A stretch of 63,980 nt of DNA, counting the filler, from a bacterium (GTDB taxonomy: Bacteria > JBBIVP01), in NCBI GenBank assembly GCA_037439705.1. It is 7 parts of 7 records of this genome, joined end to end, with 100 filler letters (N's around TTAATTAATTAA, not from the genome) between each part and the next. Parts side by side here need not be neighbours in the genome. Positions count along the whole stretch, not along the records: positions 46,852 to 55,926 come from JBBIVP010000081.1; positions 56,027 to 63,980 come from JBBIVP010000101.1; 5 more parts are not named here. One strand, written 5' to 3'. Position 1 is the first letter of the stretch; each line of letters starts with the position of its first letter. Both the position numbers and the translations under genes were made by a program. The notes under the pieces were generated by a model, which saw nothing but the letters and a program-made list of their open reading frames with translations, was not told the DNA's origin and ran no database searches. Of this stretch, positions 49,298 through 61,039 are shown one piece after another.

Positions 49298-50296
49298 ATG
49301 AAGGGGTTAAAATTCATAATTCCATTTCTCTTTTTTAGTTTTCCTTCAAATGCAGATGAATACATCTTGAAGATGTGTGCTATTGCTCCTGAAGGGACAA
49401 GATGGGCTCATTACGGTTATCTATACAAAGAAATGGTGGAGAAAAAGACGGGAGGAAGGGTAAAGGTTAAATGGTATCTTGGAGGGATAATGGGTGATGA
49501 ACCCACTGAAGTAAGAAAGATGATGCTCAATCAGCTTCAGGGTTGTGGATTTACTTTAGTAGGTTTAGGAATTATTGCGAAGGAGGTAAAAATTTTTGAA
49601 CTTCCATTCCTGTTTGAAAATTTTGAAGAAAAGGACTTTGTTCTTTCAGAATTGACCCCTGATTTCAAAAAGATATTTGAGGATAAGGGATTTATTCTCG
49701 CAGGATGGCTTGAAGTGGGTTTCGCAAGGTTGTTTTCCATGAAACCCCTTAAAACCATTTCCGAGCTCAAAAACACGAAAATGTGGGCATGGTCAGGAGA
49801 TGAACTTGCAATTTCTGCACTAAAGGGATTCGGAGTTACCAATATAATTCCCCTTCAACTTACCGATGTTTTAACTGCGATTCAGACAGGAATAATAGAT
49901 GCCCTTTATGTGACCTGCTATGCAGGTTTAAGCCTTCAGTGGCACACAAGGATGAAGTTCATCACGGACTTGCCTTTTTCCTATACCCCTGCGGGCATCC
50001 TTTTTACAAAAAAGGCAATTGATTCCCTTCCAGAGGATTTGAGGAAGACAGTTCTTGAATTGTGGAAGGATATATTTCCACAGATGAACAGGGATTTGAG
50101 GGAGGATGAGATGAAAGCATGTGAAGTTCTTGTTGAAGGCGGTCTTAAGCCAGTGGGATTTGACCCAGTAGATTTGAAAAGACTGAAGGAGGCATCCTCG
50201 GAGCTTCATAAAAAGTTTGTTGATATCTTTTATCCGAAATGGCTTCTTGAAAAGGTTTATGAGAAAAGGGAGGAGTTCAGGACAAAGAAGAGATGA
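49298..50296 (+). CDS. TRAP transporter substrate-binding protein (DctP family)
   Basis: LKMCAIAPEGT.W, GGIMGDE..VRKM..QLQG; signal peptide. Confidence 0.85.
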   Translation: MKGLKFIIPFLFFSFPSNADEYILKMCAIAPEGTRWAHYGYLYKEMVEKKTGGRVKVKWYLGGIMGDEPTEVRKMMLNQLQGCGFTLVGLGIIAKEVKIFELPFLFENFEEKDFVLSELTPDFKKIFEDKGFILAGWLEVGFARLFSMKPLKTISELKNTKMWAWSGDELAISALKGFGVTNIIPLQLTDVLTAIQTGIIDALYVTCYAGLSLQWHTRMKFITDLPFSYTPAGILFTKKAIDSLPEDLRKTVLELWKDIFPQMNRDLREDEMKACEVLVEGGLKPVGFDPVDLKRLKEASSELHKKFVDIFYPKWLLEKVYEKREEFRTKKR

Positions 50297-51363
50297 ACTT
50301 TAGGCTCATAGTTTCTGACCTTCATCTCGGGAAGGGAAAATTCAAGAAGGACGGAAGTTTAAATCCATACGAGGATTTTGTTGATGAGGAGATGTTTTGT
50401 GAATTGCTCAGGTTTTTCTCCACCGGAAAATACGAAGGTGTAGAGGCAGAAATAGTTTTCAATGGCGATACATTAAATATCGTTCAGACTGCTGTTGAGG
50501 AAAATCCTGATAAAATAGAGATTACAGAGGAAGATGTGCTTTCTGCAGCGTATGAAACAATTGAGGGACATCCGAAATTCTTTGAGGCTATAAATTCATT
50601 TTTTTCAAAGAGAAAATGGGGAAAGGTTATTTTCGTAGCTGGAAATCACGACCAGGCAATTCTTCATCCTGAGATTCAGAGGATGATAAGGGAAAAAATT
50701 GAAGGAAATGTTCTGTTCTGTCCGGTTTCATACGATATAGGAGATGTGCACATTGAACACGGGCACAATATGGAGTTTATCCACCAGTACAATCCCGAGG
50801 AGATGTGGTACATAAAAAATGGAAAAAGGTTTCTCAAAATACCTTGGGGAAGCCATTTCATAATCCAGATAATAGTTCCTTTGAAGGAGAAACTGCCGGT
50901 AATTGACAAAATAAAACCCTTCGGAACATTTATCAAATGGGGATTGTTTTTCAAAACAGGATTTGCCTTAAAAGCCCTTGCAAAGATGCTCTGGTTTTAC
51001 ATATACAATCGTTTCTTTCATCCATATAAAGAACACAGGGATACCTTCAAACTCAATATACCCGCTATAATTGATGGCGCCACCCACAGAAATGTCTGGA
51101 AATATGTTACAGCACTTGGAAGAAGAGGGTTCAAAACCGTTATAATGGGGCACACCCACATTCCAATGAAGAGATACATAAATGGGGTTTATTATATAAA
51201 TAAAGGTACTTGGATAAATATGGAAAGCGTAGCCCTCGGTTCATTTGGAATGAAGTGGAAAAAAACCTTCGTGCTTGACGAGAATATTGATGGAAAAAGG
51301 AAAATCTCGCTTAAGGTTTGGAGGGGAGGAAGAAGGGAAAAATCAGAGATTCTTTATTTATGA
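50293..51363 (+). CDS. Calcineurin-like metallophosphoesterase
   Basis: SDLHLG, NGD, GNHD, EHGH, MGHTH. Confidence 0.85.
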   Translation: MNFRLIVSDLHLGKGKFKKDGSLNPYEDFVDEEMFCELLRFFSTGKYEGVEAEIVFNGDTLNIVQTAVEENPDKIEITEEDVLSAAYETIEGHPKFFEAINSFFSKRKWGKVIFVAGNHDQAILHPEIQRMIREKIEGNVLFCPVSYDIGDVHIEHGHNMEFIHQYNPEEMWYIKNGKRFLKIPWGSHFIIQIIVPLKEKLPVIDKIKPFGTFIKWGLFFKTGFALKALAKMLWFYIYNRFFHPYKEHRDTFKLNIPAIIDGATHRNVWKYVTALGRRGFKTVIMGHTHIPMKRYINGVYYINKGTWINMESVALGSFGMKWKKTFVLDENIDGKRKISLKVWRGGRREKSEILYL

Positions 51364-51403
51364 GAAGTTGAAGTTAAATGGAATTAAGAATATAATTTTT
51401 ATC

Positions 51404-51619
51404 ATGCAGGAAATGGGAAAACTCCTTATAACTTTTGGGTTATTTTTCATTTTTATAGGAGGGATTTTAACACTTTTTTCAAAGTTTTCATTTATCGGTC
51501 ACCTGCCGGGAGATATAATAATAAAAAGGAATTCGTGGTCCTTTTACTTTCCGCTGACCTCTTCAATAATTATAAGCCTCATTCTTACCCTACTTTTAAA
51601 TCTCTTGTTAAGAAAATAA
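51404..51619 (+). CDS. DUF2905 small membrane protein
   Basis: GHLPGDIII...FYFPLTSSIIISL between two TM helices. Start set at ATG 51404. Confidence 0.85.
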   Translation: MQEMGKLLITFGLFFIFIGGILTLFSKFSFIGHLPGDIIIKRNSWSFYFPLTSSIIISLILTLLLNLLLRK

Positions 51620-51620
51620 A

Positions 51621-53930
51621 ATGGAAGGACTTCTTTACGAGATATTGAAGGGAATTCCCGTTTTTCTTTCTATACTTCTATTAGTAATCCTTATCTTCAA
51701 AAGGAGTCCTTCAAAAGAAGAAAGTTCAGATGCATTGATAAATTTCTACAAAAGGAAAAAGGATTTTTTGAGGGCAGGATTTCTCTATGAAAAAAAGGGG
51801 GATATTAAAAATACAATTTCCATGTACGAAGAAGCAGGAGCACACGGACTTATGCTTAAACTGAGCGAAAAATATGGGTTGAAAGAAGAAGAGGCTAAAG
51901 CACGCTCCTGTCTTGGAGATAATGAAACAGCAGGTCAGATTTATGAGGATTTAAAAAATTTCAAAAAGGCTTTTGAAGAATATGTGAAAGGAAAAAGGAT
52001 GAGAAAATCAATGGAATGTGCAAGAAAAATTGGAATGGATTTCCTTCCCCTTGAATCCATTGAAGAGGTGGGAGGTTATGAAAAGGTATTTTTTACGGAA
52101 CTCAAAAGGGGGAACATAAAAAGGGCTTTAGATGTAGGAAAAATTCTTTTCAAGGAGAAATTTACCAGCCTTCCAGATGAACTTAGGGCATCGAATCCCT
52201 TTCTGAAAAGAATAGCAAAAGAGATGGGAAAAATATGCGAAAAAGAAAATCTGCTTGCGGAAGGAGGAAGGTTTTATTTTTATGCTGGAGAGCTTTCAAA
52301 ATCCGCTCAACTTTACGAACTTGCTGGAGATAAAAAAAGGGCTGCGGAGATATTTTTTCAGGTAAGGGATTTTAAAAATTCAAAAAGGATTTATGAGGAA
52401 CTAAAAGATAAAGAGATGCTGAAAAAGGTAGAGCTGGAGATAGCAATTGAAGAAAAAAAATTCTTTGATGCAGGAAGGATTGCGGAAGAGATGGGTGATT
52501 TTAAGAGGGCTGCGGAATTTTACGAAATAGCCGGGAATTACATGAAGACCGGGGAGATGCTTTTAAAGGATGGAGAGCCGATAAGGGCAGGAGAGATGTT
52601 TGAAAGGGCTGGGAATTTTATGATGGCAGCGGAAGCATTTGAAAGGGGAGGAAATTTCAGAAAAGCCGGAGAGATTTACAGAAAATTAGGAAACAAAAAG
52701 AAAGAAATAGAATGCTATATTGGTGCAGGAGACTTTTTCATGGCGGGCATAACCTCCTTTGAAACCGGGGATATAGAAAATGCGATGAAATTTCTTCAGA
52801 AGGTTCCTTCAAATTCAGAGAATTATTTAAAAGCCTCTGAACTTCTTGGGATAATATTTGCTGAAAGAGGACTTTACACACAGGCAATAGAGAGATTAAA
52901 ATCCGCATTGAAAGACCAGTCCTGTGATTCCTCAAATATAAGAGCCTTTTATGCTCTTGGACTTTCCTATCAGGTAACTGGAAATGTAAAATCCGCTCTT
53001 TCCGCTTTTGAAAAGGTTCTGGCGGTGGATATAAATTACAGGGATGTTCCACAGAGGGTTCATGAATTGAAACAGCTTTTAACTCCTTCTTCAAGGAGGG
53101 ATTTTGAAGTAGAGACAAAAGATATGAGAAAGAGGGAAAAACCCATTGAAAAATACGAGATAATTGAGGAGATAGGAAGAGGGGGGATGGGAATACTCTA
53201 TAAGGCAAGGGATAAAATTCTTGACAGAATTGTTGCATTAAAGGTTCTTCCACAGGAACTGGCATCAAATAAAGAGGCAGTTGATAGTTTTATAAAAGAA
53301 GCAAAAGCCTGCGCTTCCCTTCTTCATCCTCATATTGTAACAGTTTATGACGCTGGCTTTTTCAGGGACTCACTTTTTATGTCAATGGAATTCATAGATG
53401 GACCGAGCATAAAAGAGTTGCTTGAAAAGGGGAGGTTGAATTACAAATATGTTATTTTTATATCCGCTCAGGTGTGCAAGGGACTGGATTTCGCCCATTC
53501 AAAAAAAATTATTCACAGGGACATAAAGCCCGGTAATATAATGCTTACAAGCAAGAAAGTGGTAAAGATAGTGGATTTTGGGCTGGCAAAGGTAATTGAG
53601 GAGGTGAGAAAGGGATACACGGTAGCTTCAGGAACTCCTTATTACATGTCTCCGGAGCAGACCCTCGGTGAGGAGGTAGATCATCGGGCAGATATATACT
53701 CTTTCGGAGTTACTATGTTTGAAATGTTAACAGGAGAACCACCTTTTACAGGTGGAGATGTTGGCTACCATCATGTTCATACTCCTCCACCACCGATAAG
53801 AGAGTTTGCTTCTGATGTTCCTCCTGAGCTTGAGGCGATTGTTCTGAAATGCCTTGAAAAGAAGCCAGAAAACAGGTTTCAATCGGTTAAGGAACTTTTC
53901 ATTGCATTGAGGAATGTTTATAAAGGATGA
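51621..53930 (+). CDS. Membrane-anchored TPR-like-repeat Ser/Thr protein kinase
   Basis: N-terminal TM; 13-aa helical repeats (AAEFYEIAGNY, AGEMFERAGNF, AAEAFERGGNF); kinase motifs GRGGMG, HRDIKPGN, DFGLA, GTPYYMSPEQ. Confidence 0.9.
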   Translation: MEGLLYEILKGIPVFLSILLLVILIFKRSPSKEESSDALINFYKRKKDFLRAGFLYEKKGDIKNTISMYEEAGAHGLMLKLSEKYGLKEEEAKARSCLGDNETAGQIYEDLKNFKKAFEEYVKGKRMRKSMECARKIGMDFLPLESIEEVGGYEKVFFTELKRGNIKRALDVGKILFKEKFTSLPDELRASNPFLKRIAKEMGKICEKENLLAEGGRFYFYAGELSKSAQLYELAGDKKRAAEIFFQVRDFKNSKRIYEELKDKEMLKKVELEIAIEEKKFFDAGRIAEEMGDFKRAAEFYEIAGNYMKTGEMLLKDGEPIRAGEMFERAGNFMMAAEAFERGGNFRKAGEIYRKLGNKKKEIECYIGAGDFFMAGITSFETGDIENAMKFLQKVPSNSENYLKASELLGIIFAERGLYTQAIERLKSALKDQSCDSSNIRAFYALGLSYQVTGNVKSALSAFEKVLAVDINYRDVPQRVHELKQLLTPSSRRDFEVETKDMRKREKPIEKYEIIEEIGRGGMGILYKARDKILDRIVALKVLPQELASNKEAVDSFIKEAKACASLLHPHIVTVYDAGFFRDSLFMSMEFIDGPSIKELLEKGRLNYKYVIFISAQVCKGLDFAHSKKIIHRDIKPGNIMLTSKKVVKIVDFGLAKVIEEVRKGYTVASGTPYYMSPEQTLGEEVDHRADIYSFGVTMFEMLTGEPPFTGGDVGYHHVHTPPPPIREFASDVPPELEAIVLKCLEKKPENRFQSVKELFIALRNVYKG

Positions 53931-54292
53931 AAAGAAAGGATAGAATCAATTCTTCGGTCCTCAAGGCAATTCCTTACGAAATGGAGAAGAAGGTAGAGGT
54001 TTCTTACATAACTGAAGAATTCACATGCCTTTGTCCATGGACAGGACTTCCTGATTTTGGAAAACTTACTATAACCTATGTTCCTTCGGATAAGCTCATT
54101 GAGCTCAAGTCACTCAAGTATTACCTCCTTTCCTTCAGAAATGCAGGCGTAATAAATGAGCATGCTGTAGCAAGAATATTGAAAGACCTTTCTTCCCTTG
54201 TAAAGCCCCAGAGAATGGAAGTAAAGATAGAATTTAATCCTCGCGGCGGTATAACAACAGTTGTGAGTGCAAAATTTCCGGATGAGAAATGA
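53927..54292 (+). CDS. queF: NADPH-dependent 7-cyano-7-deazaguanine (preQ0) reductase, type I
   Basis: EFTCLCPWTGLPDF, ELKSLKYYL.SFRN, FNPRGGI. Confidence 0.9.
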   Translation: MKRKDRINSSVLKAIPYEMEKKVEVSYITEEFTCLCPWTGLPDFGKLTITYVPSDKLIELKSLKYYLLSFRNAGVINEHAVARILKDLSSLVKPQRMEVKIEFNPRGGITTVVSAKFPDEK

Positions 54293-55926
54293 AGGTTAAA
54301 AAAATAGAAGGACATGTGGTTGATCCGGAGCTTGAAAATATTTCTCCTCAGAGGATTGTATTTACTGATAAAATTGAAGAAATAAAAAACCTCCAGAAAG
54401 CACCTTCCCGTTACATCCTCCCAGGATTTATTGATGCCCACATTCATATTGAAAGTTCAATGCTGATTCCATCAAGGTTTGCAAAACTTGTTGTCCCGAG
54501 GGGAACGGTAGCGGTTGTTTCAGACCCTCACGAAATTGCTAATGTTCTTGGAGTAGAGGGCATTAAATTTATGATAAAGGATGGAAAAAGTGTGCCACTG
54601 AGATTTTACTGGACAGCCCCTTCGTGCGTTCCTGCAACGGAATTTGAGACTGCTGGTGCGAAAATTGGAGAAAAAGAAATAGAGAAGCTCCTTTCAATGG
54701 GAGAAGTAGTTGCTCTCGGAGAGATGATGAATTTCCCTGGTGTGATAAATGAGGATGAATCGGTGATGAGAAAAATAGAAGTTGGAAGGAAGACGGGAAA
54801 ACCAATTGACGGACATGCGCCAGGTCTCATCGGAGAGGATATAAAAAAGTATTTCGGAAAAGGGATAACCACCGACCACGAATGCTTAACCCTCAAGGAA
54901 GCAATTGAAAAGGCTGAATGTGGAGTGAAAATCATGGTGAGAGAAGGTTCAAGTGCAAAAAATTTTGATTCCCTCTGGAGGGTCTCGGAAAGATTTGAAG
55001 TTTTTCTCGTGACCGATGATATCCATCCACATGACCTCCTGAACGGGCACCTTGACCTTCTTTTAAACAGAGCCATATCTTCCGGCATGAACTTTTTCAA
55101 GGCATTGAGGGCAGTAACATCTAATCCGTCAAAGCATTATTCTCTTCCCACCGGAAGGATTAAAGAGGGAATGAAGGCAGATTTTGTCATTTCAAAAAGC
55201 ATAGAAAGAATAGAACCGGATGAGGTTTACATAGACGGGAAAATTGTGGCAAGAAAGGGGAAGGCACTTTTTAAAATTCCAACTGTAAAACCTGTAAACA
55301 GATTTATGGTAAAAAAATTTAAAAAGGAGAATTTCATCATAAAGGGTGAGGGTGAGGAAGTCCCTGTGAGAGTGATACTCGCGAGGGACGGAAGTTTGAT
55401 GACGGAGGAGATAATTGAGATATTAAAAGTAAAGGATGGGGTCATCCTTCCAGACCCTGAAAGAGACATCCTGAAAATCGCTGTTCTTGACAGATACGGA
55501 AAGGGAAGAATTGCTAATGGATTCATAAGGGGGTTCGGATTGAAAAAAGGGGCGATAGGAAGCTCAATCGCCCATGACAGCCACAACATACTGGTGGTTG
55601 GTGTTGATGATGGTTCAATTTTCTCAGCTGCGAAAGAAATTTCAAAAATGAAAGGAGGAATTGTTGCTCTAAATGGAAAGAAGGTGGTTAAAATTCCGTT
55701 GAGGATAGCGGGATTGATGTCCGATGAGGATGGAAAAAAACTCTCAAAAATGCTTGAAAGGATAAATTCTTTCGTAAAGGAAGAACTTGGTTGTAGTCTT
55801 AAAAATCCCTTCGGAACACTGAGCTTTATGGCTCTTCTTGTCATACCTGAATTAAAAATAAGTGATATGGGACTTTTTGATGGAAGGAATTTCAGGTTTA
55901 CAGGGCTCGTATATGAAAAGGGAGGA
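54289..55926 (+). CDS. ade: Adenine deaminase (stop codon lost in gap)
   Basis: PGFIDAHIHIESSM, DPHEIANV, EMMNFPG, DGHAP, TDHE, AHDSHN, LLVIPELK. Confidence 0.95.
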
Positions 55927-56026
55927 NNNNNNNNNNNNNNNNNNNNNNNNNNNNNNNNNNNNNNNNNNNNTTAATTAATTAANNNNNNNNNNNNNNNNNN
56001 NNNNNNNNNNNNNNNNNNNNNNNNNN
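55927..56026. other. Artificial contig linker
   Basis: N run with TTAATTAATTAA. Confidence 0.98.
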
Positions 56027-57011
56027 CATATCTTCAGCAATAGCCATAAAATCTGCCGAGGAAGGGCGAAAAACTCTTGTTATGACAGTTGACCCCGCAA
56101 GGAGGCTTGCGGATTCGCTCGGGCTTCCTTCATCTGATATAATCTCAGAGCCTTTGAGAATCGCAGATAATCTCTACGCTTTCATGGTAGATATGAAAAA
56201 AAGTGCTGATAGATTGGTGGATAAATTTTCACCGTCAAGGGAAGTGGCTGAAAAGATAAAGGCTCACAGGTTCTACAAACAGGCTACAGATTTTTTAATG
56301 GGCTCACACGAATATGTGGCTGGAGAGCTTCTGGTGGACTTCTACAAAAAGTGTGAATTCGACATTATCGTGCTTGATACGCCTCCAGCGAGGCATGCGT
56401 TTGAGTTTTTTGAGGCTCCTTCAAAGGTGATGGATTTTTTAAGAAGTAGAATTATATCAAAATTTTTGAAGACATATCTGATGGTTGGTAAAGCGGGCAT
56501 TCAAATTTTTAAGAGGTTCGGAGGAGTTTTTTCTATAATAGAAAGGCTCACAGGTGCAGATCTGCTTCTTGAAATATCAGAATTTATACTTTTTTTTGAG
56601 GGTATGTATGAAAAATTCTTTATAGAGGCTGAGACCCTTTATTCCTTTCTTAGAAGCGATGATGTTTCGTTTTATTTAGTAACTTCTCCTGAAAGGGAGA
56701 GGATTTCTGAAACAGCGGAACTGAGGGAAAGGCTTAAAGATATTGGTATAAAAAGATGTGGATTAATAATAAATCGTGTGAATCCCTTTCTTTTTTCCCA
56801 TTTTATGGAGGGGTTGGAGATGCAAAAGGAATTTCCGGAAAAATTTCTGAAGGTTATGAATTTAATGAAAGAAAAGGCATCTGCTCAGGAAAAAATTATT
56901 GAGGGACTTATGAAGAAATACAGAGACATAGTTATAATTCCTGAACTTCCCGAAGAGGTTCTTACAATTGAAAAAATAAAGGAACTTCTACCCTATCTGT
57001 TCAAAATGTAG
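56027..57011 (+). CDS. ArsA/Get3-family ATPase, 5'-truncated
   Basis: Frame open from the contig start: SSAIAI..GRKTLVMTVDPARRLADSLG, IVLDTPPARHA, IINRV. Confidence 0.85.
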
Positions 57012-57149
57012 GGTCTACAAGATTCCACCTGTGAGTGTTCTCCATTTTTATTTTTTAGCGAATGGGATGTGCTGGTAATAGATTTTATTCTCTTTTAACT
57101 TAAACTTTCTCCTCTTCCTCCTGTAATGACCTCCGTGTTGTTTTTACAA

Positions 57150-57905
57150 TTACCTTTTTGCAATGGAATTTTTTATGATTTCTGAAAAGCTCTGCGGATT
57201 TATACTCGCGCCTCCAACAAGGGCACCTTCTATGTTTTTCATTGAAATAAGAGAACTTATATTTTCGGGTTTTACACTTCCTCCATATATCACAGTGACT
57301 TCCTTTCCTGAAATTTTTTTAATTAAATCCTTTATAAAAGAATGAACCTCCTCTGCCATCTCGGGGGTTGCTGTTTTTCCAGTTCCTATTGCCCAGACAG
57401 GTTCGTATGCAATAACTATTTTTTCTACATCAACTCCCTCAATGTCTTTTTCAACCTGATTTTCTATTACCTCCATTGTCCTTCCCCTTTCCCTTTCTTG
57501 CAGTTTTTCTCCAACGCATAAAATTGCTTTAAGCCCGTTTTTTATTACAGCCTTGAGTTTTCTGTTTATCATCTCGTCGGTTTCAAAAAAATATTCCCTC
57601 CTTTCTGAATGCCCGATAATTACATACTCCACATCCATATCCTTTAACATTGATGGTGAGATCTCTCCTGTGAATGCACCTTTGTCCTCCCAGTGGCAGT
57701 TCTGGGCACATAAAAGGATAGACAAATCATCTTTCTTTATGAAATCTCTCACAACAGGAATTGATATAAACGGTGGTGCTACTCCAATATCTACATGTTC
57801 TTTAAACTCTCCTGTTCTCTTTGTAAATTCTTCCATAAATGCAGATGCCTCCATCGGTCCAAGATGCATCTTCCAGTTTCCAACTATTAATGGCTTTTTT
57901 CTCAC
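57150..57905 (-). CDS. tpiA: Triosephosphate isomerase
   Basis: GNWKM, GHSERR, AYEPVWAIGTG, YGGSV, LVGGAS. Confidence 0.97.
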   Translation of the reverse strand: MRKKPLIVGNWKMHLGPMEASAFMEEFTKRTGEFKEHVDIGVAPPFISIPVVRDFIKKDDLSILLCAQNCHWEDKGAFTGEISPSMLKDMDVEYVIIGHSERREYFFETDEMINRKLKAVIKNGLKAILCVGEKLQERERGRTMEVIENQVEKDIEGVDVEKIVIAYEPVWAIGTGKTATPEMAEEVHSFIKDLIKKISGKEVTVIYGGSVKPENISSLISMKNIEGALVGGASINPQSFSEIIKNSIAKR

Positions 57906-59133
57906 TACCTTTTGAACTCCTTAAGGGCTTTAATGCCGGGCAAGAGCTTTCCCTCAAGAAGCTCAATAAACGCTCCCCCTCCTGTTGAAATATAGGAGAT
58001 ATTTGCAGTTTCTCCTGCTTTGTGAATTGCTACATCCGTGTCTCCACCTCCAACAATTGTGAGCGCATAACTTGACGATAGAGCAGATACCATTGCGTAT
58101 GTTCCCCTGCTGAATGGTTCTGCCTCAAAAACCCCCATCGGACCATTCCATATTATAGTTTTTGCATCGGAAAGAGACTCTTTAAAAAGCAATATTGTAG
58201 CAGGTCCTATATCAAGGGCAAACCATCCATCCGGTATTTCCTTAATCGGAACTATTTTTATCTCCGCATCCTGTGGAAGTTTCTTTGCTGGAAAATCAAA
58301 TTTGTTAGTAATTACGCAGTCAACAGGTAGATATAGTTTTACGCCATTTCTTTTTGCAGACTCTATTATTTCCAGGGCTATTCCTGTGAGGTTTTCTTCA
58401 ACAAGGGAATTCCCAACGGAGTATCCCCATGCTTTAAGGAATGTAAAAGCCATTCCACCACCTATGAGGAGTTTGTCCACCTTTTTCATAAGGTTTTTTA
58501 TCGCTTCTATCTTTCCAGCAACCTTTGCTCCTCCCAGAAGGGCTGCAAAGGGTCTTTGCGGGTTTTCAAGAGCCTGTTTGAAGTAATTCAATTCTTTTTT
58601 CATTAGAAAACCAGCACAGCATTCCTTTGCAAATTTCGTAACACCAACTACTGAAGCATGAGCCCTGTGTGAAACTGAAAACGCATCATTGACATATATA
58701 TCTCCTAAAGAGGCAAGTTCCTTTGAAAATTCATCATCGTTTTTTTCCTCTCCGGAATTGAATCTCAGATTGTCAAGAAGCATTACTTCTCCCGGTTTCA
58801 GGGAAAGGGCTTTTTTCTTCACATTCTCTCCAATCACCTCGTTCGGAATGAAAATCACCTCTTTGTTGAGGTATCTTTCAAGTCTTTTCACAACCGGAAG
58901 AAGTGAAAGGGCGGGGTCAACTTTTCCCTTTGGTCTTCCCATGTGAGACATCAGAATTACTGAAGCACCTTCGTCAAGACAAAAATTTATGGTGGGAAGC
59001 ACGCTTCTTATCCTAACATCGTCCACGATGTTCCTGAATTCATCAAGAGGCACATTGAAGTCCACTCTCATCAGAACCCTCTTATCCTTTAGAAGCCCCT
59101 GAGATTCCTCTATGTATTTTATTCCTGTATCCA

Positions 59134-59134
<1 letters not shown>
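57905..59134 (-). CDS. pgk: Phosphoglycerate kinase
   Basis: RVDFNVP, SHMGRP, GGAKV, WNGPMGVFE, STGGGA. Start set at ATG 59134, overlapping the gap stop. Confidence 0.97.
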
Positions 59135-60141
<1,007 letters not shown>

Positions 60142-60242
60142 TCACCTCTTTTTTTTCAAAATTTTATACACGAAAAATGTGGTATTTCAACAAAATTTTA
60201 AAATATGGAGTTATTTAAAATATTAAAAATGAGGATTTTAGG

Positions 60243-60317
60243 TGGAGCCGGCGACCCGATTTGAACGGGTGACCAGTTGATTACGAATCAACTGCTCTAC
60301 CGCTGAGCTACGCCGGC
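60243..60317 (-). tRNA. tRNA-Thr (CGT); CCA encoded
   Basis: Acceptor GCCGGCG/CGCCGGC; anticodon arm GTTGA-TTCGTAA-TCAAC; ends TCCA. Confidence 0.95.
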
Positions 60318-60337
60318 ATATTTTTAATTTTACCCAT

Positions 60338-60595
60338 CTATTTTAAAAATCTCAAGTTTCTTATAATAAGATAAAGAGAGAGGGGAAGAACCAAAAGGAC
60401 ATTCATGTTATATTTCAGAGCCTGATTCAGGTTTCCGTGAAGAAGGCTTGATAAGGCCCTTAAGGTTCCATCAGCAGGACATTTTCCGAAAATTGGCTCA
60501 ATTAAACATATATGTGGAAGTCTTTCCAGAAAATCAGTGGTGAAGAGAAACCCAAAAATCAGGATTGAAAGTGGAATTAATAGCCTTCCGTTCAA
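60338..60595 (-). CDS. DUF2752-like small membrane protein
   Basis: C.....G.CP..G..RA...LLHG...A..YN pattern. Probable TTG start at 60595 overlaps the upstream stop. Confidence 0.7.
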   Translation of the reverse strand: MNGRLLIPLSILIFGFLFTTDFLERLPHICLIEPIFGKCPADGTLRALSSLLHGNLNQALKYNMNVLLVLPLSLYLIIRNLRFLK

Positions 60596-61014
60596 ATTGA
60601 ATAAAAATCCTGTGCTGTAAAAATTGAAAAAAGGAGTGAGAGGAACCAGAAAAATATTCCCGCGAGCATAAGTCCTATCAGCAGATAAGCTACCCATTCC
60701 TTTCCTCCTCTTCCCACAGGATAGTTTCCATTTGCATCTTTTAACTTATTAAATGCTATCAGAATAAAATCTATTAAAGACCATATCCCGCATCCGCCAA
60801 GGGTAAACAGTTTTAAAAGTCCCAACCCGGTATATCCTAAATAAAACCTGTCAATTCCGAGTCCACCCAGGAAGAAGGAAAAAAGAAGGGTAGCAAGCCA
60901 TTCTCTCTTTTTCGGTTCATAAGAAACATATTGAGGAGGAGAAACAGGGCTTCCGCAATATTTACAGAATTTCGTATCTACTTCTATTTCCTTTCCACAG
61001 TTTGAACAGAACAT
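60592..61014 (-). CDS. Zinc-ribbon + TM2-domain membrane protein
   Basis: MFCSNCG..FCKYCG; FLGGLGIDRFYLGYTGLGLLKLFTLGGCGIWSLID. Confidence 0.9.
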   Translation of the reverse strand: MFCSNCGKEIEVDTKFCKYCGSPVSPPQYVSYEPKKREWLATLLFSFFLGGLGIDRFYLGYTGLGLLKLFTLGGCGIWSLIDFILIAFNKLKDANGNYPVGRGGKEWVAYLLIGLMLAGIFFWFLSLLFSIFTAQDFYSI

Positions 61015-61039
61015 AACAAAACCTCTTTTTTATTATAAT

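Noticed and set aside
60243-61014. tRNA-Thr as the integration site of an island
   Set aside because: No integrase or duplicated tRNA 3' end; the gap operon lies directly downstream.
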